Shown one piece after another: positions 18,162 through 27,925 of a stretch of DNA of 64,000 nt. This stretch comes from an uncultured Treponema sp. Its GTDB lineage: Bacteria; Spirochaetota; Spirochaetia; Treponematales; Treponemataceae. A program made the translations under genes and the position numbers. The DNA is taken from assembly GCA_964429975.1 (NCBI GenBank), contig CAYSEA010000001.1, forward strand, positions 52,096 to 116,095, read 5' to 3'. Within the stretch, counting starts at the first letter, position 1, and the number at the start of each line of letters is the position of its first letter. The notes below the pieces were generated by a model. The model had not been told where the DNA came from, made no database searches, and worked only from the letters and a program-made list of their open reading frames with translations.

Positions 18162-20390
18162 ATGAGCCAAATCGAAATTGTACCGTCCGATCGGTTCGGA
18201 CTGGGCTTCGTGGACCCGAAATTCCTGAAACCGGGCGAGGACGAATATACGCTTCGGAACGTCCAAAGCGACGCGGCGCGCCGGCAGTGGCGACCGTTAA
18301 GCGTCGATGAGATAGCCCTACTGGAGAAAAACGGAAACACCTGCGCCGATTGGGGAACCTTCCTCGTCGAGGACCCGTTCAATCCCGCATTGTTAAAAAA
18401 CAGCCTTTTTGCGGGACTCGTCCGAGTCGGCGCGCTCACGGCCGAATACCTCAGGTTTCACGATTTTACCGTGCCGGCCGGCATTACCAATAGTAGAGTC
18501 ATTTCCTGCGATATCGGCGCCGACTGCGCCATTCATGATTGCGCGTATTTGTCGCATTACGTTATCGGAAACCGGGTCATCATGAGCCGCATCGACGAGA
18601 TGTCCTGCACCGATCACGCGAAGTTCGGCGAGGGCGTCGTGAAGGAGGGGGAAGACGAGTCGGTGAGGATTTGGCTTGACCCGATGAACGAGGCGGGCGG
18701 GAGATCGGTCCTTGCCTTTGCCGGCATGACCTGCGCCGACGCCTGGCTTTGGGCGACGTATCGCGACGACGCGCCGCTCATGGCGCGTCTCAAGGAACTC
18801 ACGCAAAACGGCGTCGACCTGCGGCGCGGATGGTACGGCACGGTCGGCGACCACTCGATAATCAAAAGCTGTCAGGTCATAAAGGACACGAAGTTCGGGC
18901 CGTCCTCATACGTCAAGGGAGCGAACAAGCTCAAGAATCTCACGATTCACTCGGCGGACGACGAGCCCACGCAAATCGGCGAGGGCGTCGAGCTCGTGAA
19001 CGGGATCATCGGCTACGGGTGCCGCGTCTTTTACGGCGTCAAGGCGGTTCGCTTCGTGCTCGGCAACAACTCGAGCCTCAAGTACGGCGCGCGGCTCATC
19101 CATTCCATACTCGGCGACAACTCGACGGTGTCGTGCTGCGAGGTGCTCAACAACCTCGTGTTTCCCGGGCACGAACAGCATCATAACAATTCCTTCCTTA
19201 TCGCAACGCTTATCATGGGACAGTCGAACATGGCCGCGGGCGCGACCGTCGGCTCGAACCATAACAGCCGCGGCAACGACGGCGAGATCGTCGCCGGGCG
19301 CGGCTTTTGGCCGGGGCTCTCGAGCACGCTCAAGCACAACTGCCGCTTCGCGAGCTATACCCTCCTTACCAAGGGCAGTTATCCCGCAGAGCTCAATATC
19401 ATGTTTCCCTTCTCGATGGTCTACGAGGACCGCAAGAACGACGTCCTGTGCGTGATGCCCGCGTATTACTGGCTCTATAACATGTACGCCCTCGAGCGGA
19501 ACAGCTGGAAATACCGCACGCGCGACCGCCGCGTCCGCGTGACCCAGCGCATCGAGACGGACCATCTCGCGCCTGACACCGCCTTCGAGATGATCGCCTC
19601 GCTCAGGCTTCTCGAGCGGTGGACGGGCAAGGCGTGGTTCGCCCAGCAGGCGGGCGTCGGCGCGCTCGCCTCCGAGGGAACGATTCGCGACGTCTCGTCG
19701 CTCGACGAGGCGACGCTCGAGGCGAAGGGACGCGAGCTCATCGTCAATAACCCCGACGTGGTCAACGGTCTTTCCGTCCGCGGCGAGATGATGGAACGCT
19801 TCACGCGCGAAGTGAGGATCATGAAGGTCGTCAAGGCATGGAACGCGTACCGGCAGATGCTCTTGTACTACGGCGTGCGCACGGTGGCCGAGTATCTCGT
19901 GACGTACGGCATTCACTACGACTACTTTTCCGCGCAAGTCCCCGCCCAGCCGAGCCTCGCGTGGGTAAACATGGGCGGTCAGCTCGTTTCCGAAACCCGC
20001 GTCGACGGACTTCGCGCGGGCATTCGCTCAGGGCTCTTCGGCTCCTGGGACGACATACACGCGCAGTACGAACAGTGGTGGGCGTCGTATCCCCGCGACA
20101 AAGCCGAGAACGCCTACGAGTGCCTGAAGATCGTCGAGGACGCGGATCGCATCCCCGGCGAGCGATGGAACGAGCTGCTTTCTCGCGCGGTCGATATCCG
20201 CGACTATATCGAGAATCAGGTGTACGTCACCAAGAAAAAAGACTACTCGAACGCGTACCGCGGAATCACCTATCGAAACTCGGCCGAGCGCGACGCCGTG
20301 CTCGGGACGGTCGAGGACAACTCTTTCGTGAAGACCGCGCGCGCGGAAACCGCGAAAATCCGCGAGACGTTCGAAAAGGCGAGGGCCTAA
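18162..20390 (+). CDS. DUF4954-like protein with left-handed beta-helix repeats
   Basis: Hexapeptide-like stretches (QIGEGVELVNGIIG, ILGDNSTVSCCEVLNNL, AAGATVGSNHNSR); MPAYYWLYNMYALERNSWK. Confidence 0.75.
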   Translation: MSQIEIVPSDRFGLGFVDPKFLKPGEDEYTLRNVQSDAARRQWRPLSVDEIALLEKNGNTCADWGTFLVEDPFNPALLKNSLFAGLVRVGALTAEYLRFHDFTVPAGITNSRVISCDIGADCAIHDCAYLSHYVIGNRVIMSRIDEMSCTDHAKFGEGVVKEGEDESVRIWLDPMNEAGGRSVLAFAGMTCADAWLWATYRDDAPLMARLKELTQNGVDLRRGWYGTVGDHSIIKSCQVIKDTKFGPSSYVKGANKLKNLTIHSADDEPTQIGEGVELVNGIIGYGCRVFYGVKAVRFVLGNNSSLKYGARLIHSILGDNSTVSCCEVLNNLVFPGHEQHHNNSFLIATLIMGQSNMAAGATVGSNHNSRGNDGEIVAGRGFWPGLSSTLKHNCRFASYTLLTKGSYPAELNIMFPFSMVYEDRKNDVLCVMPAYYWLYNMYALERNSWKYRTRDRRVRVTQRIETDHLAPDTAFEMIASLRLLERWTGKAWFAQQAGVGALASEGTIRDVSSLDEATLEAKGRELIVNNPDVVNGLSVRGEMMERFTREVRIMKVVKAWNAYRQMLLYYGVRTVAEYLVTYGIHYDYFSAQVPAQPSLAWVNMGGQLVSETRVDGLRAGIRSGLFGSWDDIHAQYEQWWASYPRDKAENAYECLKIVEDADRIPGERWNELLSRAVDIRDYIENQVYVTKKKDYSNAYRGITYRNSAERDAVLGTVEDNSFVKTARAETAKIRETFEKARA

Positions 20391-20392
20391 CC

Positions 20393-21331
20393 ATGGCGTA
20401 TGACCTCTCCTCGGGTGACATCGCGCTCACGGTCGAGCGGGCGGGCGAGCGATATCGCTGGTGCCGCTTCGACTGGAACGGGCTTGTTTCGTCGCTCAAG
20501 TTCCGGGGCATCGAGCTTCTCGGGCAAGAGCGCCCGTTGTTATCGAGAAACGACCGGAAGTTCGGACGAGGCCTCCATAACGAGTTTGGAATAAAAAACT
20601 GCGTCGGGTACGACGACTGCGCCGTCGGGGAATGGTTTCCCAAGATCGGCGTCGGTTGGCTTCGGCGCGACGAGAAGCCCTATTTCTTCTTTACCGAGTA
20701 CGAGCGCGAGCCGGTGTCGTTCGACTCCGAGCGCTCGGCCGACGGGACGACGGCGACATTCGTCTGCGAGTCGGAAAACCGGAATGGCTACGCTTATCGC
20801 TATGAAAAGCAAATACGCGCCTCCGAGTCGGAACTCACGGTACGATACCGGCTCGAGAACTCAGGCGAGAAGACGATCGAGACCGATGAGTATACGCACA
20901 ACTTCCTCCGATTCGGCGGTCGCAGGATGGACCGGGGCTATGAGCTTTCGTTTCCCCGGAACCTCGAGCCCGCGCGATTTACGGAGACGGTTAATCCCGA
21001 CGGGATCCTTTTCGTACGGGAAAACCGCGTCGTTATCGCGGGAAAGACGCGCAAGCAATTTTATCTCGGCGGTATTTCTGCGGGCACGGGCGACGCCGTT
21101 CGCGGCGTCGACCGCGACGGCGCGCGCGGCGAATGGACGCTCTCTCACGCGGGTCTCGGGGTCAGCCTCACGGAGCGCGATTCGTTCGCTCCATCCGCGG
21201 TTCATCTTTGGGGATGGAAGGATGTCATAAGCCCTGAGGTTTTTTTTCCGATCCGCGCGGAAAGCGGCGCTGTCGTCGTGTGGGAGCGGTCGTACGAGGC
21301 CGCGTCGCTTCGCGATCGCGCGGATTCGTGA
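20393..21331 (+). CDS. Hypothetical protein, galactose-mutarotase/aldose-epimerase-like fold
   Basis: Starts 2 nt after the upstream stop; RFDWNG and YRLENSGEKTIETDEYTHNF motifs; beta-rich. Confidence 0.6.
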   Translation: MAYDLSSGDIALTVERAGERYRWCRFDWNGLVSSLKFRGIELLGQERPLLSRNDRKFGRGLHNEFGIKNCVGYDDCAVGEWFPKIGVGWLRRDEKPYFFFTEYEREPVSFDSERSADGTTATFVCESENRNGYAYRYEKQIRASESELTVRYRLENSGEKTIETDEYTHNFLRFGGRRMDRGYELSFPRNLEPARFTETVNPDGILFVRENRVVIAGKTRKQFYLGGISAGTGDAVRGVDRDGARGEWTLSHAGLGVSLTERDSFAPSAVHLWGWKDVISPEVFFPIRAESGAVVVWERSYEAASLRDRADS

Positions 21332-21346
21332 TCGCGGGTTTGTCCG

Positions 21347-22102
21347 TTAGAATTTAACATCGAGCGTGAGCGCGTTCTCGATACCCCATCGGTCACGCGC
21401 GAGAGTCGTGTACTGCAAAAGATACCGTAGCTTGAAGCGGTTGGTAATCGTCGCCTGCGCCTTTACCCCCGCCGCCCAGAGCCACTCGTCCCCGTAGGAA
21501 TATTGTTCCAGCGTTCCGATTCCGATCGCCGAGAGAACGAAACGCTTTGACGCCGCGAAGTCGTTTGTCAGCTCGAGAGAGTGAGAGCGAAAATCGTCGG
21601 TGTTATATCCGAAGAAATATTTCGCCCTGAGAGCGTACACGTCCGTGAACTTCCGCTTGAACGATACGTCCGGGATGGCGTAAAAGAGCCCGCTCTCGTG
21701 AAGATAGCCTGCCTTGAATCGCGCACTTGCCGTCGTTTCGTCCGTTTCGCGGGTAATCTCGGCGAAGCCCTCTTGTCCGATTTCCGCGTCTCCGTTCGCC
21801 GACACGCCATAGGAAACGTCGGCGTATACCCCTTCGCGAAAGACCCACACAAAACCCGGTTGAACGAGAAGGCGGCTTTCGTCATTGTTCGTCGTCGCCG
21901 TGAGTCGGAAGGTCGGCAATAGTTTTGGCGAGCGGTTCCAGATGAGCACGTTTTCCGCCCGGACGTAGTACTCGTCTGACCCCGTTACGATTGCGTCAAT
22001 TTCGAAGATATTTCGAAATTGCGCGTCCTCAGCGACTGCGAAAGCATTAACCGCGAGCGTCATCACGATCGCGATGTATAGTGCTTTATTTCTTTTTGCC
22101 AT
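21347..22102 (-). CDS. Outer-membrane beta-barrel protein (YaiO-like)
   Basis: Signal peptide; alternating amphipathic strands; C-terminal Phe; overlaps the GT2 stop. Confidence 0.65.
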   Translation of the reverse strand: MAKRNKALYIAIVMTLAVNAFAVAEDAQFRNIFEIDAIVTGSDEYYVRAENVLIWNRSPKLLPTFRLTATTNNDESRLLVQPGFVWVFREGVYADVSYGVSANGDAEIGQEGFAEITRETDETTASARFKAGYLHESGLFYAIPDVSFKRKFTDVYALRAKYFFGYNTDDFRSHSLELTNDFAASKRFVLSAIGIGTLEQYSYGDEWLWAAGVKAQATITNRFKLRYLLQYTTLARDRWGIENALTLDVKF

Positions 22103-24869
22103 GAGAGTCTCCCTTCGGCGCTTTTTTGAATCCGCGCCGCGTCATCGTTCCCCATCCCGTTTTTCCCCGAAGCATGCCAATGTATCCCGATACCCTAAAA
22201 AACGAAACCAATTGATGAAAGCCCGCCTGTTCCCCGATCGCCGCTACCAGGAGGCCGATGCGGTCGAAGAACGGGAATACGCGTCCGTTCCGTTCGTTTA
22301 TCGCAATCGCGAGAGCGGAAAGCGCGATACCGTAGCCGAGATTTACCCCGACGATGAAGCGAAAGACCGAAGGATTGATCGCACCAGTCGCTATCGCGGA
22401 GATGAAGACGAGAAAGCCGATAAGCTCGAACCAAGGACCGGCGACCTCGAAGATCAGATAGTACGGAAAGCCGACGAGACCGTATGTTCCGTATTGCGGG
22501 TTTCCGATCATCTTCTTATGGAACGAAAGAATCTCGAGGAGGCCCCGCTGCCAGCGTTCCCGCTGTCGCTGAAGGACGGCAAGCGTTGACGGGACCTCGG
22601 TCCAGCAATTTGCCATGCAGTTATACGTGATGCGGTGCGGCCGCCCGGTCTCGCGCATGTTCCGCTCGATTCTGATCACGAGTTCCATGTCCTCGCCGAC
22701 CGTGTCTTTTTCGTATTTTTCCCGACTCGTCAAATACCCGTTAATCGCGAGTACTTCTTCGCGCCTGAATACGCCGAAGGCGCCGGAGATGATCATGAGG
22801 GTTCCGAGCCGGGACCAGCCGAGCCTGCCGGTCATGAACGCGCGAAGGTACTCGATCGTCTGGAACGCGGCCAGCGGGCGCTTTGGGGTTCTCTTCTCGA
22901 CGAGCTGGCCCCGATCGATGACGCAGCCGTTCGCCGGCATGATGTTCCCGCCGGACGCGACCACGGTTTCGTTCGAGTCGAGAAATGCCGCGGTGAGCGC
23001 GAGCAGGGAATCGCGCTCGAGGACGCTGTCCGAGTCGATGGCGAGTATGTATTCGCCCGACGCGGCGTTGATTCCGACGTTGAGCGAGTCGGCCTTTCCC
23101 CCGTTTACCTTATCGATCACGGTAAGCTCCGGAAGGCGCGGGTTTCTGTAAAGTCCCCTCACCGGCTGGGTCTTGAGCTTCTCGTTATAATCGCCGTCCG
23201 TCTTTTCGAGCTGGAACCGGTCGATGAGTATGGCGAGCGTGTCGTCGCGCGAGCCGTCGTTTACCACGACGATCTCGAAGTCTGGGTAGTTTACGTTAAG
23301 GAGAGACTCGACGCTCTCGATGATGCCGACGGCCTCGTTGTACGCGGGAGCGATGATCGAAATCGCCGGGAGCATGTTGCGGTGAAAGAGGAGAGACGTG
23401 TCCTTAATCGCGTATTGCTTGCCCTGCCGTATCGACTCGAGCGACGCCAGGACCGCGAGCGTCAGTCCGATCGCGAGCGTACAGAACGTATACCACCCGA
23501 ACGCTGACAGATACGCGTTCGTCGCGGAGCGAAGCGTCTGCGCGAACGGTTGTCCCTGTGGGGCGAACAGCCGAAAAGCGAGCGCGGTCGCGGGGTATGA
23601 CGCGAGAACGGGAACGAGGAGCGCGACAAAGGGCCAGCGCACAGTGGTTTTTTTCGCGTCGTCGATCCTTCGGTTCGGCACGGGAAGCCGCGAAAGGCCA
23701 AGTTTTTGCAGGATTGCGGGACTAAGATACATTCTGAGCTCGTCGAGGCCTCGCGTGAATGCGGCGATCCCGCCTCGAAGCGCGCGTATGAGTCGGTCTT
23801 CCACCGCTCGATCGCGATTTTTGTTGAGAAACGAAATGAGGTCGCTGACTCTTCCGCGCGAGAGCGCGTTTGCGACGATGCGTCCCGTCACGGCGACGTG
23901 AACGGGATCGTCCTTCAGCAGGAAGTATTCTATTCTGCCCGAGAGAACGTCGCACAGCGTCTCCGCGTCGGGACCGTCGAGGTTCTCTCTCAATACGGCG
24001 ACAAGATACCGGAACACGCGCGGGGATTTTGCTACCATTCGAGAAAGTCCCACGATCGCGTTTGCCCGATCCCGCTCCGCGCCCTCTCTCGCGACCGAAA
24101 GGAGAATGCGCGCGTTCGCCGTGCCCGCCCTATCGCCGAGCGCGAGGCAGGCCCGCCTCGCGATTTCTTCGTCTTTATTGGTAAGGTGATCGGCCGGGTT
24201 AAGGGCGAACGGATACGATTCGACGATGCAATCGAATGCCTTTCTGCGTATTCGATTATCCGTTCCCTCTTCCCGGAAGAGCGCGAGAAGGTATGGATAG
24301 AAGGATTTCGTCGGCGCGATTCGCGAATACTCCACGAGCAGTTCGATAATCTCCCGCTCGCGCCTCGTTTCCAGTTCCGGGAACAGCGCGATGAAGGAGG
24401 ACTGAAAATCGAGGAGAAGTCCCGCGACGCGCATGATGAACGGAATCGATCTCCCGCGGAGGCGATCGATGACGTCGGGCAGGGCCGCCGGCTCCTCAAG
24501 GTTCGCGAGTGCGCGAACGAGAAAGAGCATCACCGGCTCGTCGGTTTCCTGCCGGAGCGCGAGCGCGATCGCGCGCGACGAGCGTTCCGTCGCGATATAG
24601 CCGAGATAGCGCGCGGCGCGACAGCGATCATAGGCTTTGCGCGACGAAAGCTTTCTGATAAAGGGGACGTCCGCGCGGAGGCTTGTCAGAAGCGATGAGA
24701 CGCGCTCCCGCTCTTCCGCTTCCGGCCTCATCGACTGGTTGAGGTCTATCCACGCGTCGATGAAGGCCGTGAGTCCCTTGCCGCGCCTCGGCGTATCGCG
24801 CGCTTCATTCGTCCCCGCCATCGCGGCCAGTAGCTGGCGGTTCGCGCGTCGCATGGTCGATTCTCTCAT
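22086..24869 (-). CDS. HEAT-repeat/processive glycosyltransferase family 2 fusion
   Basis: N-terminal HEAT-like repeats; PAYNE, NDGS, GGKADSLN, DSD, GEDMEL and QRERW motifs; flanking TM helices. Confidence 0.92.
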   Translation of the reverse strand: MRESTMRRANRQLLAAMAGTNEARDTPRRGKGLTAFIDAWIDLNQSMRPEAEERERVSSLLTSLRADVPFIRKLSSRKAYDRCRAARYLGYIATERSSRAIALALRQETDEPVMLFLVRALANLEEPAALPDVIDRLRGRSIPFIMRVAGLLLDFQSSFIALFPELETRREREIIELLVEYSRIAPTKSFYPYLLALFREEGTDNRIRRKAFDCIVESYPFALNPADHLTNKDEEIARRACLALGDRAGTANARILLSVAREGAERDRANAIVGLSRMVAKSPRVFRYLVAVLRENLDGPDAETLCDVLSGRIEYFLLKDDPVHVAVTGRIVANALSRGRVSDLISFLNKNRDRAVEDRLIRALRGGIAAFTRGLDELRMYLSPAILQKLGLSRLPVPNRRIDDAKKTTVRWPFVALLVPVLASYPATALAFRLFAPQGQPFAQTLRSATNAYLSAFGWYTFCTLAIGLTLAVLASLESIRQGKQYAIKDTSLLFHRNMLPAISIIAPAYNEAVGIIESVESLLNVNYPDFEIVVVNDGSRDDTLAILIDRFQLEKTDGDYNEKLKTQPVRGLYRNPRLPELTVIDKVNGGKADSLNVGINAASGEYILAIDSDSVLERDSLLALTAAFLDSNETVVASGGNIMPANGCVIDRGQLVEKRTPKRPLAAFQTIEYLRAFMTGRLGWSRLGTLMIISGAFGVFRREEVLAINGYLTSREKYEKDTVGEDMELVIRIERNMRETGRPHRITYNCMANCWTEVPSTLAVLQRQRERWQRGLLEILSFHKKMIGNPQYGTYGLVGFPYYLIFEVAGPWFELIGFLVFISAIATGAINPSVFRFIVGVNLGYGIALSALAIAINERNGRVFPFFDRIGLLVAAIGEQAGFHQLVSFFRVSGYIGMLRGKTGWGTMTRRGFKKAPKGDSHGKKK

Positions 24870-26653
24870 TCCGACGTCCCGAGGAGGTTGTCGACGAGCC
24901 CGAGTAACTCGGTTTTAGAAAAGGGTTTTTTGAGGAAATGCACGATGCCGAGATCGACCGCGCGCCTGATAAACGATTCGTCCTTTCGCCTCGATACGAG
25001 AATGAACGGAATGTCCCGGCCGTCTCCCGACGCGATCATGCGCTCGCGAAGGTCGAAGCCGCTGACTTTCGGGGCCATCGCCTCGGCGATGATGAGGTCA
25101 GGCGCGCTCTTTCCGTCGAGCGAGAGCGCGTCTCCGCCGTCGTGCGTAGTCATGAGGAAGTATCCGCGTTGCTCGAAGAAAGGCGCGAGAAATCGCACGT
25201 ACGCGTCGTCCGGCTCGATGAGTAAAATTTTCTTGCGCAGGTAGAGGTCCTCTTCCTCGCTTTTTACGCGGTCGCATATTCCTCCGGCTCCTGATTTTTT
25301 CGCCCGGAATAGGCGCGCGAGAAGCGCTTTGTCGACGCTCTCGATCGTCTCGCCGCCGCCCGGCGCGAGTTCGGTGCCATAGAGAATCGCGACTGAAACC
25401 GTCAGTTGCTCTTCTGCGTACACAGAGGCAGCGGCGTGGTTTCTCACCCGCTCGGCCATGGCGCGCGCCTCGGCGGGCGAGAGGTTCTCCGTCACGCACG
25501 CGATGTACGGTCGATCGAGCTTGTAAAACGACCATGAGTCGCCCTCGTGCGCGCTGTTTCTGATGATGTACGTAAGCGCCGCAAGGGCTTCGTCTCCCGC
25601 GACCCTACCGTGAAGCTGGTTGATTTCCTCGAGGTTGTCGACGGAAAAATACAACGCGCCGAATCGTTCTGGCGCAGTATCCGACAGGATCTCGGCGAGA
25701 CGGCCGCGAAAGGCGTCGGCGGAAAGAAGGCCCGTCTTCGTTTCTATCGTTTCTTGCTTCGAAGGCACTTCCGCGGAACGTTCCGCGAGATTCGCGTCCG
25801 GGACGTCGCGGGCGGTTCCTTGCGCGAGTCCTTGCGCGGGAGCGCGCGTCGGCGCGCGCGACGAAAGCGCCTTTGGCACAGTGTCCTCGCCGATCGAGTC
25901 GATGAACGTCCCGCACTCGAGCTCGCGCAGCGTCTGTATGCGCTTTCTTATGTCGTCGACGATGACGCATCCGTGCTGGGGCGCGATGATCGCGATGTCG
26001 AGGGGGATAATGGAATCCATGACCGGCGCGAGCGCCTCATGCGAGGGCATGTAGTGCTCGTGAAACGCCCGCATCCCCGCGTCGTATCCCGGCTCCGCGA
26101 AAAGATCGGGCGAGTTGAGGATGGAACCGAAGATATCGCCCGAAAAGAGCGTATGGCTCGTCGCGTCCCACGTCATGATGCAGCCCGCGCAATGGCAGTA
26201 GGGAGCCGGCATAAAGCGGAGTATCCTTCCCGATCGGAATCGCCATTCCCAGCCGCGCTCGTTTACGATATAGAACTCGTTCGGCGCGCCGTAGTGACGC
26301 GCGAGGAGCGACGCGCGCCAATGCATGGCGACCGGCGCGGTTATGCCGGCCTGGGCGAACAAGGGCAAAGACGCGCAAATGTCCGGGTCTTGATGGTGTG
26401 CGACGATGAGCGAAATCGCTTCCGGCGGAACCAGCGACACAACCGCGCGATACACGCGATCGAAATCTAGAACCGAGCCGGGATCAAGAAGCACCGCCTC
26501 GTTACCGTCGACGATCAGGTACGGGTTGCAGTCCATCGGTACGTCGGGCGCTTCGGGCGTCGTTCCGTCGGTAAAGCGATGGCCGACCCAATAGACGCCT
26601 TCGGCAAGTCGAACGGGAGCCTGAGCGCTGGATAGAGCTCGTTTTTGGTTCAT
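24866..26653 (-). CDS. ODP-like di-iron MBL-fold domain fused to degenerate GGDEF and pseudo-receiver domains
   Basis: HHQDPD, PYCH, SGDIFG and APQHG ligands; GGDEF fold with LDRPY in place of the signature; REC domain with Glu at the acceptor site (LIIAE) and KPF. Confidence 0.85.
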   Translation of the reverse strand: MNQKRALSSAQAPVRLAEGVYWVGHRFTDGTTPEAPDVPMDCNPYLIVDGNEAVLLDPGSVLDFDRVYRAVVSLVPPEAISLIVAHHQDPDICASLPLFAQAGITAPVAMHWRASLLARHYGAPNEFYIVNERGWEWRFRSGRILRFMPAPYCHCAGCIMTWDATSHTLFSGDIFGSILNSPDLFAEPGYDAGMRAFHEHYMPSHEALAPVMDSIIPLDIAIIAPQHGCVIVDDIRKRIQTLRELECGTFIDSIGEDTVPKALSSRAPTRAPAQGLAQGTARDVPDANLAERSAEVPSKQETIETKTGLLSADAFRGRLAEILSDTAPERFGALYFSVDNLEEINQLHGRVAGDEALAALTYIIRNSAHEGDSWSFYKLDRPYIACVTENLSPAEARAMAERVRNHAAASVYAEEQLTVSVAILYGTELAPGGGETIESVDKALLARLFRAKKSGAGGICDRVKSEEEDLYLRKKILLIEPDDAYVRFLAPFFEQRGYFLMTTHDGGDALSLDGKSAPDLIIAEAMAPKVSGFDLRERMIASGDGRDIPFILVSRRKDESFIRRAVDLGIVHFLKKPFSKTELLGLVDNLLGTSE

Positions 26654-26660
26654 TACCCTA

Positions 26661-26689
26661 ATGATAACCCCGCCGGAGCGGAATTGCAA
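26661..26689 (-). promoter_or_regulatory. Sigma70-type promoter of the ODP-GT2 operon (leaderless)
   Basis: TTGCAA-N17-TATCAT-N7-ATG. Confidence 0.65.
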
Positions 26690-26695
26690 AGGCGA

Positions 26696-27817
26696 CTATT
26701 CGCCGACGTATACCCTCGGCACGCGCTTGTTGACGTTGCAGGTTATCTCGTAGGGAATCGTCCCGACGAGCGAAGCGACGTCCGCGGCGCTCATGGGCGC
26801 GGGTGCGGGGCCGAAGACGGTAACGCGGTCCCACCGTCGCGCACGGCTGTCGGGGCCGAGGTCCACCATGCATTGGTCCATGCATATTCGTCCGACGACT
26901 GGGTAGGCCGCGCCTTCTATGCCGACAAAGAGTCCCGGAGACGCGCGGCGCGGTAGACCGTCGCCGTACCCGATGGGAATCGTCGCGATAACCGTGTCGC
27001 GCTCGGCCGTCCAGGTTCGTCCGTACGAGACGGTCGTTCCCGCCAGAACCGGTTTGATCGCCGCTATCGCGGTTTCGAGTTCCATCACCGGCTTAAGATC
27101 GATGAGTCGCGCGAGCGCGGGGTCGGGAAGGTATCCATACGTGATGATTCCGGGACGGGCGAGGTCGAGATGCGATGACGGATGCTGCAGGATGCCGCCC
27201 GAGTTCGCCGCGTGCACGATTCCCGGATCTATGCCTGCCTTTTTAATCGATTCGACCGCGTCGAGGAAGCGGCCGATCTGACGCTCGGTGAAGCGCAAGT
27301 CGCCTTCGGCGCGGGAGTCAGCGACGGGCAGGTGAGTCGCGACTCCGGCGAGGATGAGACCCGTCGTTCCGGATATCTTCGCCGCGAGAAGAGCTGCTTC
27401 TTCGCACGAGCAGCCGATGCGTCCCATGCCGCTGTCGATCTTGAGGTGAACGGAAAGCGTCCTTCCCGCGTCGCGCGCGGCGCGCGCGAGGATGTCCGCG
27501 TATTCGCCGTCGGTCACGAAGGCTTCAAGCGAGGCCGCCGCGAGCTCGGAGAGTTCGTCGGGGTGGGGTATGCCGAGAAGGAGGATCGGCGCGCCGATTC
27601 CCGCCTCTCGAAGTTCCGTTCCCTCGCCGACCGTGGCGACCGCGAGGTGTGTCGCGCCGCGCGAAAGCGCGGTTCGCGCGATGGGGACTGCCCCGTGCCC
27701 GTAGGCATCTGCCTTGACCGGTACGCACAGCGCGGTATTCGCCGGGAGCATTCCCGCAATGCTGGAAAGATTATACGCAAGATTCTCAAGATGAACGATT
27801 GCCCTTGTCGCGCGCAT
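26696..27817 (-). CDS. alr: Alanine racemase
   Basis: VKADAYGHG, HLKIDSGMGRIG, SYGRTW, GYGDG and GRICMDQ motifs. Confidence 0.98.
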   Translation of the reverse strand: MRATRAIVHLENLAYNLSSIAGMLPANTALCVPVKADAYGHGAVPIARTALSRGATHLAVATVGEGTELREAGIGAPILLLGIPHPDELSELAAASLEAFVTDGEYADILARAARDAGRTLSVHLKIDSGMGRIGCSCEEAALLAAKISGTTGLILAGVATHLPVADSRAEGDLRFTERQIGRFLDAVESIKKAGIDPGIVHAANSGGILQHPSSHLDLARPGIITYGYLPDPALARLIDLKPVMELETAIAAIKPVLAGTTVSYGRTWTAERDTVIATIPIGYGDGLPRRASPGLFVGIEGAAYPVVGRICMDQCMVDLGPDSRARRWDRVTVFGPAPAPMSAADVASLVGTIPYEITCNVNKRVPRVYVGE

Positions 27818-27925
27818 GCGGTATTGTATCCCCCTGATAAGTTCCGCGCAAGGCGTGAAACCTGCTGGAAATCAAGTTGTTTCCATGCTATTATGGAGCC
27901 AACAAAAAGTCACGAGGTAATCACA

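Noticed and set aside
27182-27925. N-terminal extensions of called ORFs (also 3673, 19838, 42985, 56913, 62760)
   Set aside because: They overlap other genes or promoters; downstream ATGs have an RBS, signal peptide or promoter support.
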